The notes under the pieces were generated by a model that saw only the letters and a program-made list of their open reading frames with translations, was not told the DNA's origin and searched no databases. A DNA stretch of 64,000 bases, taken from NCBI GenBank assembly GCA_040954595.2, contig CM082593.2, positions 5,969,434 through 6,033,433 on the forward strand. Reading direction: 5' to 3'. Positions within the stretch are counted from its first letter, which is position 1; every line of letters begins with the position of its first letter. The position numbers were made by a program, and so were the translations under genes. This stretch comes from Balanoglossus misakiensis (Eukaryota; Animalia; Hemichordata). Positions 45,488 through 59,558 of this stretch are shown here, piece by piece.

Positions 45488-48400
45488 TCACTGCAGCTCA
45501 GGGTACGCTTCCATTCGTTGCTTGAGGCGGTTCTTCAGTGCTTCAGACATGGCGTTGTACTTTTCTGCAGAAAAAATTGAGATATAAAGAATGAACAACT
45601 CTCTCACGACAAACTTTACCAAATCCGTTTAAATCTCTTACCCGATTTCTCCTTCTATCATTCGCTGTCACCGTTAGCTGTAATTTGATAATTTTTGTTG
45701 TTTTATAGTTACTGAATATTTTGATCTTACAGCTACGTCATACACACATATGCATGATGAGTCACGTGATCGACAAATGGCATCCAATCATGGTGTTCTT
45801 TCTTTCACGGGTTCAGTGGGGTAAAAAACAAAAGAAGTCACCTTGGTCATAGCTGACGTAGTGCCTTTCGCCTTCCCCTGCAGTTGTATGAACGCTGTAC
45901 CTGTTCACCAAACCGTTGGATGATGACGGGGATTCTCTGGGCGAGTTGATACCGGAGTCGGTCTGTACGGTTTCCACGTTCTCGAAGCGGTAGAAGCTCG
46001 GCGGGGGCGGGGGCGGCGGTGGTGGTGCCGGCGGCGGCGGAATAAACGGAACGCTGCCGTTCGCAGAGTCAAACTCCACCGTGCTCTCGCGTCCACCAGG
46101 TGCGTTGGGAAGAATGGCTGGCGGTTTGCTCTTCTGCATTTGACCTTTGCTTGGGGTCAAAAATCGCACCTGTTTTTTCGTTTTCTTCAAATGTTTCGGC
46201 CACTCGTCGTGTCTGTAGTACTCCTCATCCTCATCACTCAGTTGTTCCTGGACCGCGTCTCCGAGGCTCCGTCTCGGCATTTCCAGCGGCACAACATCGT
46301 TTGTACCCGTCAACCAGGTCCGACTTACATCGGCGACGTCATGCCTGCTCCTCCTGGAACGAAACTGTGTGTCGTCTTCGACAGTATCGTCGTCAACTGC
46401 GTAGTAATCGCGTTCAAAGTTTGCCATCAGCTGGAGAATGCGGTCATTTACGTTCCCCTTTCGCCTCTCCTGGTGCAACTGTTCAGATTTTGCGGAGGTC
46501 GTGGATGACGGCGGTCGAAATTCAGCGCTCTTTTCAATTCTAAATTCCCTTGAAGATGGTGGCGGACGATTTTCTGCGATTCTGGTGTCACGAGATTTGG
46601 GTTGCTGTTCCTTGCGTACATGACTTTCATTTCTGACATCGTGATGTGTCGTCTGCTGACTTTCTGATCTGGTTTCAACGAAGTAGCCGCGACTTGTGGA
46701 TGCCGTTGGATTTTCCACGAGATGAACAATTCTGACGTCACGAGTCAAGGAAGGAGGTAAGCTTTCCATCTGATTTTCAACTCTGACGTCACCGCTTATA
46801 GGGGTTGGCAAATTTTCGGGGGAATTAATAAATTTGACATTAGCAACCGGGGCTGGCTGGTGACTTTCAGCGTGGTTTTCGGCTTCGACGCCGCGTGTCG
46901 AAGTCGGGGGATGGTCTCCATCTGTCGTTTTGATTCGAATCACCATATTAGTTCTGTAATGACCAGTGGTTGGGTCGTCACTTTTACTTCTGGCTACGGA
47001 CTCTGTTCCTGCTGTTAAGGGGTCCTCCCATGCCTCCGCTTCGCGGGGCGACGGCGCAGAGCGATCCACCTCAGTTATGCCGCGATGCGACGACATGTCA
47101 GACTTTTCGACCGTTTCGCTATTTTGCCGATGAACCATCGCCTCGATGGAAATCATCTTCTGTTCTGACCCTTCGCCGTCCGGAGACGACGGCGGGCTAA
47201 AATCGACGTTCCTGCTCTCGATCGGCGGGCTGGTGACAACCATCAACGGTTCAAAGCTTTGCGCGCCGCCGTTCATCACAGTATCCGTTCCCGCAACGGC
47301 TCTGTCAGTTTGCGCCTGGGCGTCTCCAGTACTGCCACCACTGTTTTGAGACACAGGAACTCTCGTGTCCAGCTTTTTTGCAGAAGTGACCTGCCCCGTC
47401 CTCTCGATGCCCATGGATTCATCGACCCAATTAAAGCTGTCTCCGAGAGTCTCGTTGTCGATGCTGTTGGCTTCGCTGCCGTCAGGCGTCGTTTGAGCAA
47501 ATTCTTTCTTTTTGAGCATCCAGTTTTCACCATGTTCGTCAAAACTGTTTTCAGTAGTACTGGGTCTGTACAACAAAAATGTAAAATGTAGTGTTGTATG
47601 TTCAGCAATCCCAAAACCACAAAACTAAATTAATGCCCCGAACTTTATGTCACTGCGTTTGGTCGCATTTTCCTATTGAAATACACCACGTGGACACTTA
47701 CCCTTGGTCGTATTTTGGCGGGGTGTAGTTGTCCATTTTGACGGCATCACTGAGAAAATGTTGCCTTGATCTGAGTTGCTGTTCGTCGTCCACTTCGGGT
47801 AATGCTATTGTTCCTACGGTGAAAGATATAAACGATATAAGAAACAATGTGGGGACTTTTGCGCTCCTGATCCTGTTTGGGGATAACGTCATGCGTAACT
47901 TTAGATTCATAGAGTGGTTTTGTTTTACATGGGATTTGAATTGAAGGGAACACTTGCCAGGTGGCCAGTGATATTAAGGTTGGTTTTGATTGGCCAAGTC
48001 ACTCTTCAAAGATGTTAACACCAGGTGCACACATACTGTATAAAACAAATGATTTACTGACTTACTATTTGTAGGCGACTGGAAAAGTTGCCTTAGAGGG
48101 GTCGGCGTTGTCTCCGTAGCCGTCGTGCCTTTCGCTCCGTCCTCGGGGGAATTCTTCGACTTCCCGCCGGTCTGTCCCAGGCTGGCGCTCTTCTTCTCGT
48201 CGACTTTAATTTTGCGCCTTTGTTCTCTGGACAGCGATTTGGATTTGGGGAAACGGGACTTCTTTTTGCCTCTGTGTTTGGTTTCCTTGTGATAAAAGTT
48301 AGACAGAAATTCAGACAGCAAGCACAGAATAAACTCCAAAATATCTGGCCCAGACGATAAAATGTTTTACGAAGAGCATCTCAGTGTAATAAAACAATCT

Positions 48401-51400
48401 GGACATCTGTACCAGTTCTACTACTGGTCGCGCTGTGCTACAAGAGATAGAACGCTACGTAATGATGCAAACGAAATCAAAACATAAAACCATAGTCGAT
48501 TATACTAACCCTCTCGTATGCTTTGAAGTTTCTCATAATGTCTTCGTCGATGGCTTTCAGCGAAATAATCTGGCTGACCACTGGCCGAGCCGCGTTCGGC
48601 GTCCGCGCCCCAGCTAGATAAATGATGTCATAAAATATAGACTTTTATTCATAAAAATCTACAAAGATGACGTCACTGACCAGATCCACCCGACAATCGA
48701 ACTATTTCTGTAACTCCACACACATTCAGATTTTCGACAAAAACTAGGAAATGTACCCCAAAGTGCTAGAAGAATCCCCTCCCCCGAATATGTAAGAGAT
48801 CACATACCCTCTTCACCTTCACTCGTCGCCTTGGTAACAGTGACGAACTTGGGATCGATAACTTTGCCACCAGTCAGAGATAGTGCATACATATTACATT
48901 CCTTGTTGCTCCCCTGGATGGCTAGCGTGTATGGAGTATTGCCGTTCTGAAAGAACACATCAAGGAGTATAAATACATAGCTATGGGTGTCAGTCATTCA
49001 GTCAGTGTCTGCCTGTCTTACCTACCTTATCAGTGGAATGTACATCGGCGCCCTCATCGACGAGAAACGACAGGCACTGAACCTTCCCCATCTCAGCAGC
49101 ATAGTAGGCGGGTGTCCGGCCCTGGTTATCCCTCACGTCAATGATGTTGACCTTACGGGCAGTGTGTTGATTTACCATCCATTTCAGACAGTCCACGTGA
49201 CCTCGACCTGGCAAATATGACCAAGAGGTTACGTAAGGAAACATAATATTATGTGTGTCTGGCTTCTGGATATTTGTCGAGACTGACTGGTATGGGATCC
49301 GTGTTGGCCAACCATGGTGACCCTCCCTCGATGATTTCAGAGGGAAGCTGTTGGGAGGGTGGTTGTAAGGGGGGTCGCATACCAGGGTGAGACACTTATC
49401 TGCATTTCGAGCTCTTTTTTGTTAGTTTGGAACCCCCCCCCCCCTAATGGGTATTCTACCGGGGTATTCTAACCCTTTCATGGGCCAGGTGTTTGGGAAA
49501 AAGCACCCCTTTTTCTTGTTTTCATGGACCGTGGTGATGAACAAAACACCACTTTCTCCGTGACTTGGAGAACACGCATGGCTGCCCATTTCCGCCGAGA
49601 GTGCCACCTCTCGTGCGGAGGAAATCTGGACGACATTTCCAGTGATGCGAACCTGAAGTTCGTTGCCATAGAGAATCGATATTTTTGTAATTTACGTATC
49701 TGTCACTATCGCTTGGTAATCCTTTGTCGCCTCATTATTAAGACCAATTAGAGTAATAATTCTTTCTTATAAGATGATTCCCCGAAAATATTTCTCGGTC
49801 CATGGATCGGGGCGGGAATAGTGTGAACACCGTCCATACTAATGTTTCTCATACGAATGGCCCTTTCATGCATAAACTGGCCATAAATTCTCCTCAACGC
49901 GTCACCTAGACCTTCAGAGTGGAATATATTGGTCTGTTTTTGGCATGATTGATAGCTTTGCATTTCCGCCCACAATAGCACAGGTTTGGAACCATTCTTT
50001 GTGCGATGTCCACCAACCGAAGCGACAGCTTCAGAAGCCAGACAAAAAGGTCTGTTTCATATCAAGACGCAAACATTTTCTCTGGGTTAAGGGAGGTCAA
50101 AGGACGTTTGCATACTTCAAAACAGAACCAAAAAATTCCTTTGGTTGAATCCTGGATTTTTTTCGAGTTTGTTTACTGACCGGCCACAATGTGCAACGGT
50201 GTGATGCCGCCGTCCATCTTGTCCAAAATCATCAAGGCGCCCATCTTGGCGAGGACCCATTTTAGAGTTTCAATATGGCCGCCGACGGCTGCCGCGTGCA
50301 GCGGCGTTGCCCGGGTGAAGCTTCTCAGACTCCTGGGATTCAGCTGACCGTGTTCGACCATGTATTTCAGACACTGTAAATTGCCACTTTTGGCTGCGTA
50401 ATGAAGTGGCGTCTGGCCTGAAAATAAAACAGTATGGGAAGAAAGTACAACACAAAGAAATTAACCCATGCAGGTGCGAATATGATGGGAGATATGGAAT
50501 TGATTAATACGCATCGCAACTTTTACATTAATAATTGATGTGTGTCATTTTTCTCACATTGTAAAGAATAGAGTGTACTTTTTTATCGTTCTTACCTTTG
50601 TTGTCTCGCGATGCAATTAGTTTAGGTCCCAATTTCGTCAGCAGTTTGACTATTTCCATCAAACCTGCAACGTGATGATAGAATGGACGATTAATTGACT
50701 TATACAACATCGGAGTCTCAGAATAAAAGGATGAGGAGACTGGAATTATGAGTGTACTTTGAGAAGACGGAGGGTTGCTAAGGGACGTGGAATTGGTACT
50801 TTCATCCTTAACCGAGTTACGCTAACCACGATCCCGCCACACACGGGACGGTGCACTTACCCTTTTCTGCAGCGATGTGCAGTACCGCCATTCCGCTCTT
50901 CGTTCTCATACCAGCGATGGTTCCCTTGTACTCCATCAGTAGCCACATGCAGATGACCACGTGACCGTTGATGGCGGCCAAGTGCAGCGTCGTCAAGCGA
51001 TCGGCGTTGCGGTCGCAGGCGGCGTCGAGGGCGTTCTCTTCCGTCGTGAGCAGCATCTGCAGGCACTTGAGGTTCCCGCTGGCCGCCGCCACGTGGACCG
51101 CCGTGTCCTCTTGCTTGTTCTTGGCCCGTTTCGGTATACACGTGTGCGTCAACAACCACCTGTAGGAGATGAGGCCAATTCATGAAATATGGTACATATT
51201 ATATAGCTCATGTTTACACTGACTGTGTTCGTTTTCAATATCTTGACATCGGAAATGCCTACCGTCTGCGACAAGTCAGGCTGTCCAGAAATCCAACCGT
51301 AGACATGAAATGAAAAGACAGGATACTACAAAGTCGCATAATTAAATTTGATAACAAAATGTAGACCGTTCAAAGATTTTTGTCTTCTAGTTTCTTTTAA

Positions 51401-52644
51401 CTTTTCCCTCCCTGCCGACCCATCTTGTCATCAATTGGCCTGTGCGAGGACAGAGACAATAAAAAAAGGTAACACCAAAGCGAGTTTAAAACGATTCTTC
51501 TCAGTGCGTAAACGGCCCCAGGGGAGTCATCTACAGGGAGTCTGGATTGTTCGGACAAATGCGGATTCACAAAAGATTGACCTTGTCGGTGTGATTGTGT
51601 GTGGTTTATGTCATCCGGGGCCTCAAAGAAAGTGGTCCGCGCGCACACAGATGCGCAGTGACCACGGGCACGCTTGGTTGGCCAGTTCATGAATAATGGA
51701 TTCCAGCCTTGGTTTTCTCGACCCCGAGTCGGTACAATCATTGCGCTGAAAGCATTAACCTTTTGGGTTTCAACCTTCCGGATCGATTACTCGATTGAAA
51801 ATTTCAATCAAGTAAGCCAAGGTACTGGTTTGTTAGTAGGGAGGGACAATTCGGGCACGGAGGGGGAGGGGCTTAATTAAACGAAAGTGGTATTTACATG
51901 GATATACTCGTTGCAAGTTAGCCTATGACTAGATCGATGGCAATAGGCTGGTCAGTTCACAGATTAAATACACCACTCCGGTTGAACTGATGGGTGTTTG
52001 GCATATTCAGCATTTCTCGATGTGAACAAATAGGGGTGACTTCTGACCCCCCTGTCCAGGTGATTTCTCCAAATTGTGAGTCTCACCGGACGGAGGCATT
52101 TCACCTCATGTTAGATCATCAATCCCGACCCTGGATTTTCCAATTAGCTCGTCCTTGATTGATGGCAGCAATTAAGGTCTTGCTTACAAGCTTTAGCCAT
52201 TGGAGAGTGCGTTGAAACAGGCCTACCATGTATTAGAAATAATGGGTGTACTGTACGTGCATTGATTACAATATAATGTACACGACCGCGAAAGATACAG
52301 CATTATTGATATCACGTTATTAATCTTATGTTAAAGTTCTTTGGCCAATTTCTCAAGCTAACATGTTGTGTAAGATTGTACACTTACCTGATGCAGTCGC
52401 CTTTTCCAGTTTTGGCCGCCACATGTAACGGCGTGTTGCCGTTCACATCCAACATGGGAACACCTTCCTTTTCGAAAATGCTCGGGAACGAGTCGACATC
52501 TCCGGTGTAAGCCGCTCTGTGGGCCGGCAGGTTGACGTAGACGAACGCCGTCTGGCCAGCTTCGACGCGAGTGGCGTCGTCGGAGGTGGGTGCTGGTAAC
52601 GGCGTCCTGACGTCCTCGGCGGTCGGGTTGTTGCCGTCCGTCAT
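45488..52644 (-). CDS. Espin/forked-like ankyrin-repeat protein with a long disordered, proline-rich C-terminus, ~1139 aa
   Basis: Exons 52388-52644, 50861-51159, 50596-50664, 50181-50417, 49026-49207, 48808-48946, 48510-48613, 48066-48285, 47702-47813, 45842-47565 and 45488-45564 total 3420 nt in frame. About 9 ankyrin repeats (TPLHVAA, TAVHVAA, TTLHLAA, AVLHIAA, TPLHYAA, TPLHAAA, TPLHIVA, TPAYYAA) in an espin-like series; PPPPAPPPPPPPPP tract. Confidence 0.75.
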
Positions 52645-53813
52645 CGTGGATCCCGGTGTTTGTGGACGGTACCCGAGCGAGTGAAAAGCCTATGACCGTG
52701 GATGACCCGAGAATTCCTGCGAAGAGAATAAAAAGGCGGCCTTAGAATAATATGCGGTGAGACCGCGGGGCCATCATTAAACCCAGTAGCAGCGTGAGCT
52801 GCGTGGTTAATACGACTCAACCCCTCCGCAGAGTCGAAGCGCCTTCTCAACGAGTTTCTTTACAAGTTTTAATAAAAGGCGCATAATACAAAAGTGGGAT
52901 GACCCCGAGAGGTCACAGAAAGACTGTACTGCTGAATGGAATGACCCAAATTACCTCTTCAGCATACCCAAGGTTTTATATTGATGTCCCATTACACCAC
53001 TGCAAAACTAAGAAACTATTTATAGGTAAAACAGACTGAGTGTTGATCAACACAACGTACATGGTTTTCAGTAATTCCTGTTCATGAACTTAAATTTGAG
53101 TCATTTAGGCTAAAATTAAAGGCATTTGAGGACGTGTATTGTATCATCTCACCAAGTTCCCTGTTATATGTGTTATTAAAGTACAATAATGTTCATTTTC
53201 ATTAGATCTCGTGGATGGTATACATAGTTTGAGGTCAGAGTCATGTTCTGTATGGGCATAGCAACAGGTGGGACGCTGAACTCAGTGTCTGAGCCCAAAC
53301 TTTCGGTCATTTTCTGTGGTCTTTTAACATTAACAGTTGACAGAGTTCCCGAGTCGTAAATTTTATGACGTTGTAAAGGTGAAAAAAAAGTGCGGAGGGT
53401 AGAAGTCAAACGACTGAGTGTGGAGCATAAAACTTTTGAAGACAAAAGCAATCGTTGTCGAGTTGGAATTAACGGGTCGTGATACCTGGTTGGTTGTAGT
53501 GGTGGCGGTGAAGTCTTTGCACTCGTAATATCAGAATGGGCGTCTCGGCTTTCTTAAGATGCGTGGGCGAAAGTAAATATCTTACGACAAAGACCCGAGT
53601 TGTTTCAGAGGGTGTTGCTCGCAATTAACGCTGTAACTTGACTAGCACCACCCAAGGCATGCGCACGTAGTTATTAAAAGTAGATCACCCGACAAATTAC
53701 ACCTTATGGAATCTCGAACCTTGTTGGTATATTTGAAACTATTGTTTCGCGGCGTTTGATACCCTCTTCTTGTGTCTCATTTCCTCTGTCAAGTGTTATG
53801 TAGTGTTTGTCAA

Positions 53814-53852
53814 TCTGTCTGTCTGTCTGTCTGTCTGCCTGTCTGTCTGTCT
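53814..53852. repeat. (CTGT)n microsatellite
   Basis: Directly visible. Confidence 0.85.
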
Positions 53853-56800
53853 GCCAACCTGTCTGGTGTTGGGCGTGCCCGAAGTGTTACCAATGTTACA
53901 CTGTCACAATGCAAATAAATCAGTCACACCATCTTCGTAAATACGTGGTTCATTCCTCATAATATTGATGGTTTGAACAGGGATCTTTGACTACGTCGAC
54001 CAACTCAAGAATTTTAAGTACACTTTGGGTGGGAGAGGGCAAATGCATTTGTCTTGAAGAATTGCAACACAGCGCACAGCAACAAATCACTGTAATGCGT
54101 GTGGAAACAATTACAGGACTGTCACATTACATTGTGTTTTAGTCATAAACAACTCTCTCTCTAAAGTTTTCGATTTAACATTGTCCATTGTGGCTGCGTC
54201 TACACTCTCCCTAAGACGTTGAAGCCACCTTGCAATTCACAGTAAAGAAGGTTTCTGTCAACCAAGACCCGAAACAGATTTCGATCGGATCGAGTTCTTT
54301 AACGCTCATTCACGGGTCAGAAGCGTTCAATTCATCGGGAAGAATTGGTTTAGATGGGCGTGTAGAAGTGGCCTATATAAACCTCTTTTTAGAAAATCTG
54401 AACTTCACGTGCTCTGTCAAGCTTGTGCGATGATTGAAAAGTAACTTGGTAGGTGTCAGTATGATTATCCAGGGGAGGGGGGGGGAGAATTTGTAATGTG
54501 CCCTTTATGTCGTCTCCACCAATCAGTCAACGCGGGTCACGGTTCTGTGCAAATGGAGTTTACGTAAAAGTACCACGCGGTACCATGTCTTGTATTGCAA
54601 CATTACAAGTCGTGTCAACACTTCACTCTGCCCAGATTCTACTGTTAATAAGATTTCGTTTGCTGAGACACCGCGTTGTGGCTTAGTGGCCCCAGCACAA
54701 TATACACAGAGAATAGATCATTGTATGTTCGTCCAAACAACCAAACAGAAGGAACACTGTTCAGCTGAGAAGAAAAGATATGCCCTCAACTGTGAACACC
54801 CAACGATTATTTTGTGCGTTAGGCGCGTTATAACTAGCTTACAACCTATGTAAAACTCTTTGAAATTTAGGATTTACCAATTATTCTCGTGCGAATCTGA
54901 AATTACACATCTCGGGGTGGGCTTTTCAATTCTGTGTTTTGTTTGTGCATTGACAAAGAGAAATCATATGTCATCACATAATTTGTCCATGGATCCACTT
55001 AAACCGACGTGTCAATAATTTAATTTCCATGTGAATGGTGACCGAGACAAATATACTTTCTAATGTCAATATGCAAGTTTAGAGGGTGGTCGAAAATTGG
55101 CGTGAGTCACTGACCAACTCCGTGTTTTTAGCTGAACGAGATGATAGTTAAAATTTGTCCATGACCCGATTGATTCATTGTTTTGCGAAGGTCACGTTCT
55201 TTAAACAGCTCGTTTTCTTTTATGTCTTTAAGTAAGGCGTTTAGTTGGAAAAGTACTCCAGTCCACAAAATGGCCGACTTTGATCTTTAAACATCGTCGT
55301 CCAGTGGTCTTGTCATCTGTCATGTGACTTAAATGTTGCACCTATACATAAAGGTACATAACGGTTTCATAATTGAGTTCAGACAATGCGGAAATCGTCT
55401 TACGGTGCTGTATTATGCCAGCTTCGCGGGGTTGCTTTTTTAAACGTCGTACAACACGACATGCCACTCGATGTATGACGTCACTTACGAATTTCAACCC
55501 TGTCGTCGCTATTGTCATTGGAACCATGAGTTGTATGCAAATGACAGCTAAAACTGAAACCGCACTTCTCGTAACTGATTTCGGTGTTGGATATTTCCGG
55601 TTTTAAATTTGTTACTGTTAATTGTCTATTGATTTGCATCGCTTCTAATGAATAAATACACGATAATAACATCCGACCTAAGTGTAATAAAGGTTTGCAT
55701 AATGGTTTTATTTTAATACAAGTGCAACAATTGCAACGAATGTTCATAATAGTTATTGTCTTTTACGGTTTCGTGGAATGAACATGTCTAGTCATTCTTG
55801 CTGGGGGGGGGGGGAGTCACGGCAATACAAGTCGTAGACAGCAAAGTAGTCCATAGTTATAAAAATTATTGCCTTTGTTATGTAGGAACCACCTGTTGCG
55901 TGTAGTTATCTAGCTTTGGAATATGATAACATTACAACGTTGCTATGAGCGTGAAAACATCTAAAAGCATGTTATCGCTGAGAGGTGCTTTACAGAGGGG
56001 CGTATCTTGTGCTTTGCGTTGATGCAGTGAACTCTGCTTTCTCGCCGAGGGGATAACAAACAACAGCGTTGTTTGTTCGTGGTCACCCATGCCCGAAGTC
56101 GAGTACGGGGAATTCATATATCACTTCTCACTTTCACACGCTGTCTCGGACTCTCGTCGGGTTCTCTGCGCCAGTTCGATGAGAAGCGAAGGGCGAGGGT
56201 TTTGAAAACGAAACACATGAATTTTTCAGTTTTCATGGCAGCCGTGTAATATTATTACCTTGTGTTGGGTGGGATTTAGGGATAAACCCCCGTTTTTAAA
56301 ACTTTGATCTCTCTGCTATCGACATATGTAATAACCTTCACTACCGTCCATAACGTTACTGAGCGTCAAAATGGCGCAGTCCCCCGCCAGCGGCCATTTG
56401 TTATTGAACAGAGGAATCACATGTAAACACCAGCGCCGTTGACTAATTCCCAAAGAAGGCAGTTAGAGAGCAGACAACTTTATACTTTTCTCAAAGACCA
56501 TGGATCCATGTCGAAATTCACGACAATGGACTGTTCCGACATAGCCAAACAATCTCGGGTTTATGAGGTAGTCTTTGATTTCCCAACCATCAATGATGCT
56601 GGGGTCAGCGATCGATAGAAACACAGCTTGCGTTGAAGGCCCACAATTCTATTGAATTCCTCAACTAACACAGTCACACAGCGAGAATAAAACAACCACA
56701 TATACGTGACACACCTAGGTTTTCAATGCGTGACAAACTCCACCCAAAGCCGAGAAGAACGGACATGGCCAGATTTGTTTACACAAAATGTCAAGTTGAC

Positions 56801-57303
56801 GCACAGTGGGGGAAATTAAAGGCCTATCGTCCAGTGACACACACTACCAACCTGTCTATCAGCGCATATCCAGCACACCGTGTCAAACCAATCCACTTTT
56901 CCCGCTTTCCAGTTATCTTTCTACAGTTCTGAAATCTCCGTGTAGTAGTCACAGATCGCAGAGGCAGACTAACATCGAGAACAGGGGACTTCAATGCTTC
57001 TGATGCGCAACCGACCCGAACACTGACCTGTCAGTGAATAGAGCCCACTATTGTCCCACGCTCTCTGTGCAGTTTGTCGCGCACTGCTTTCGTCACGCTC
57101 GCCTTAATTCCCCTGTTCAATAGCACTCGTTTGCATGGGTCACAGGTGAACTTGCGTAATCATGAACATTTGATAAGGCAGCAGCAATGAATCAAATTTG
57201 TAGTCTTCGTCTTCTTACTGTAACGATAGAGAGAATGTCGATTTTCGAAATTTTCACTATCATTTTGACAATGTAGTTGAATCACTGTTAGTGTTTGAGA
57301 GAG

Positions 57304-57306
<3 letters not shown>

Positions 57307-57344
<38 letters not shown>

Positions 57345-57352
57345 TGTGTGTG

Positions 57353-57425
<73 letters not shown>
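57307..57425. repeat. (GA)n microsatellite, interrupted
   Basis: Directly visible; source of the ERER and SLSL ORFs. Confidence 0.95.
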
Positions 57426-57428
<3 letters not shown>

Positions 57429-59558
57429 TGCAATGTTTGGCTGTGACGGAAAGGTCATTTCTCAAATTAGTTCGTGGTATGTCTCCTTGTACATTACAAG
57501 AACAGACACTAACAACTATTTTTCTCATTCATCTAGGGTCACTAAGGCAGAGTGGTGGAACGACGTCACAAAAGCAAACCCAACTGAATACAAAGAAGCA
57601 GCGTCCAGCGACGAAAAGGTATTGTTGCCAGGGGTAACACACCCATGAAAGAATCTGACACTATATATTTTGCAGTGACCCGAATGGAACAGATTCTTTC
57701 ATTCACGTCACTATATGCATGTTGACTTTTTTGGTCAAAAATCACTGTGTGTGAGTGCGGATGTGTATGTGTGAGTGTATATGTACACTACATCCCGGTT
57801 GGCCAATAATCTTTGCCATTCGTCGTTGAGGGTGCATATTCTTTCACGGATAACTATGAAAATTCCATTGGTTGCGAGTCATGTGCGTTCACACATTCGT
57901 ACGTGCCGTTATTCGTGTCCCTTCTTTCATAGGACAACAACAACGGGATAAATATCAAATGAAACGATTCAAACGCACAAGTATCGTGTTTTCTTTTGAA
58001 TTTTAATATGTACCCTATACTGTGCATATCCCATAATATCTTACAACATCTGGTGTGATTGTACACAGTGAGACGGGCAAAAATCTGTACAATGAAAATA
58101 AGAAAAAGGTAATTTTAATATTGGGAATGGTTAGATAGAGAAATAGGTGACATAAACTTAGGTAATAAGTTAACAAAAAAGTGATAATGAAAAATTATGA
58201 TATTTAATATATAATTTTTATACACAATGAAAATGAATATCCTGAATGCATACTAATGAAGAGTGGCAGTTATATCCAATGCACTGGAAACATAGAATAA
58301 AGACTCTTTAACCGACTTATATTTGCAGCTTGTATCGGAATTAAAATTTCCATCTCTATAAAGCTGTTGTGATGGCAACGTATTTTAAGTCATGAAATGT
58401 ACACAAGTGCAGCTGCTAAACACTAGTTTCCATGGTAATATATATTTGTTATTTAGGCATAACCCAAACTTTTGTATATGCTTATAGGTATGTACATACT
58501 TGCTAGTAAAAAGGTCTTAACAAGAAAACAAAACATGTAAGAGCTTGAGAGAAAATTAATCTCGTATCTTCAAAATCGATACAGCAAACTTTTCCTCTTT
58601 GTGCTCAGAGAAGAATACATTCCCTTTAAAATGCATTGAACTCAACCCATCATCGTAGTTTTGACTCCCAGATTTCTGAAAACTTCGAATCTCGCATTAT
58701 ACTGGAGATGGAACGTTGTTTATACAACACCTCTCCCTTGACTTCCTGTTTGTTGCAATGCTCGGATGTAATATGGCGGATCGGAGGTCACCCAGGGTCA
58801 CGACAATGTCCAATCACAAGAGAGGTCACGTCACAAAAAGTTCTGCTGGGTGGACTGGTCTTGAGTCGAAATGGACCCCGTTCATGAAGACGAATTGTGC
58901 GTCAACAGAAATACTGGAACGTCGGCAATTTCATCATCAGGTCAAACTGGTGTCCTTTCCCGGAAGAAGCGTGTGTTTGCAAATTTGTGGGGTTCACTGC
59001 CCGAAGTAAGTGTGGAAAACAGCGGGTTATCACCGTCTGGGGACGTGTTTATATCGCTCGCTGCGCCATCATACTTCGGAATAGATTAACATGAAACTCA
59101 TTCATGGAAAAAACGCTACATGGTGACTTTGGGCATACGTCACATTCTACCGGCTGACGCAAGATACGAATTTTATTGAAACCACCCTTGAACTTCAATT
59201 TACTGTCAGATTACAGACATATGAGACAATCAACACAGAACGCACTGGTAAACACTGAACGGATTGCTTACATCATTCATGACAGAACACCGGCCAATCA
59301 AAACTCAGATATCAGACCCTGGGACGACTGAGACCAATCACAAGACACAAATCAAGGCCATGTGACTCTGGGATAATCACATGACAGCGCCCACTGACCA
59401 ATCGGAGATAAAGTCACAGGACTGCCTCAGGCTGCAGTTAAAATACATTAGGTTCAAGACTTGTCAAGCTATGACCAGTTCTTGAGTAATAAATATATAC
59501 AAGTGAATGCATATTTCAGTAAGTGAGGTCTTTGTTAAAATATGTACACAGTTGAACT

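Noticed and set aside
57160-57637. ERERER and SLSLSL ORFs
   Set aside because: Translations of a (GA)n microsatellite.
52700-59500. Short ORFs between the ankyrin gene and the ADAMTS 3' end
   Set aside because: No domain signatures or spliceable chain; treated as intergenic or UTR sequence.
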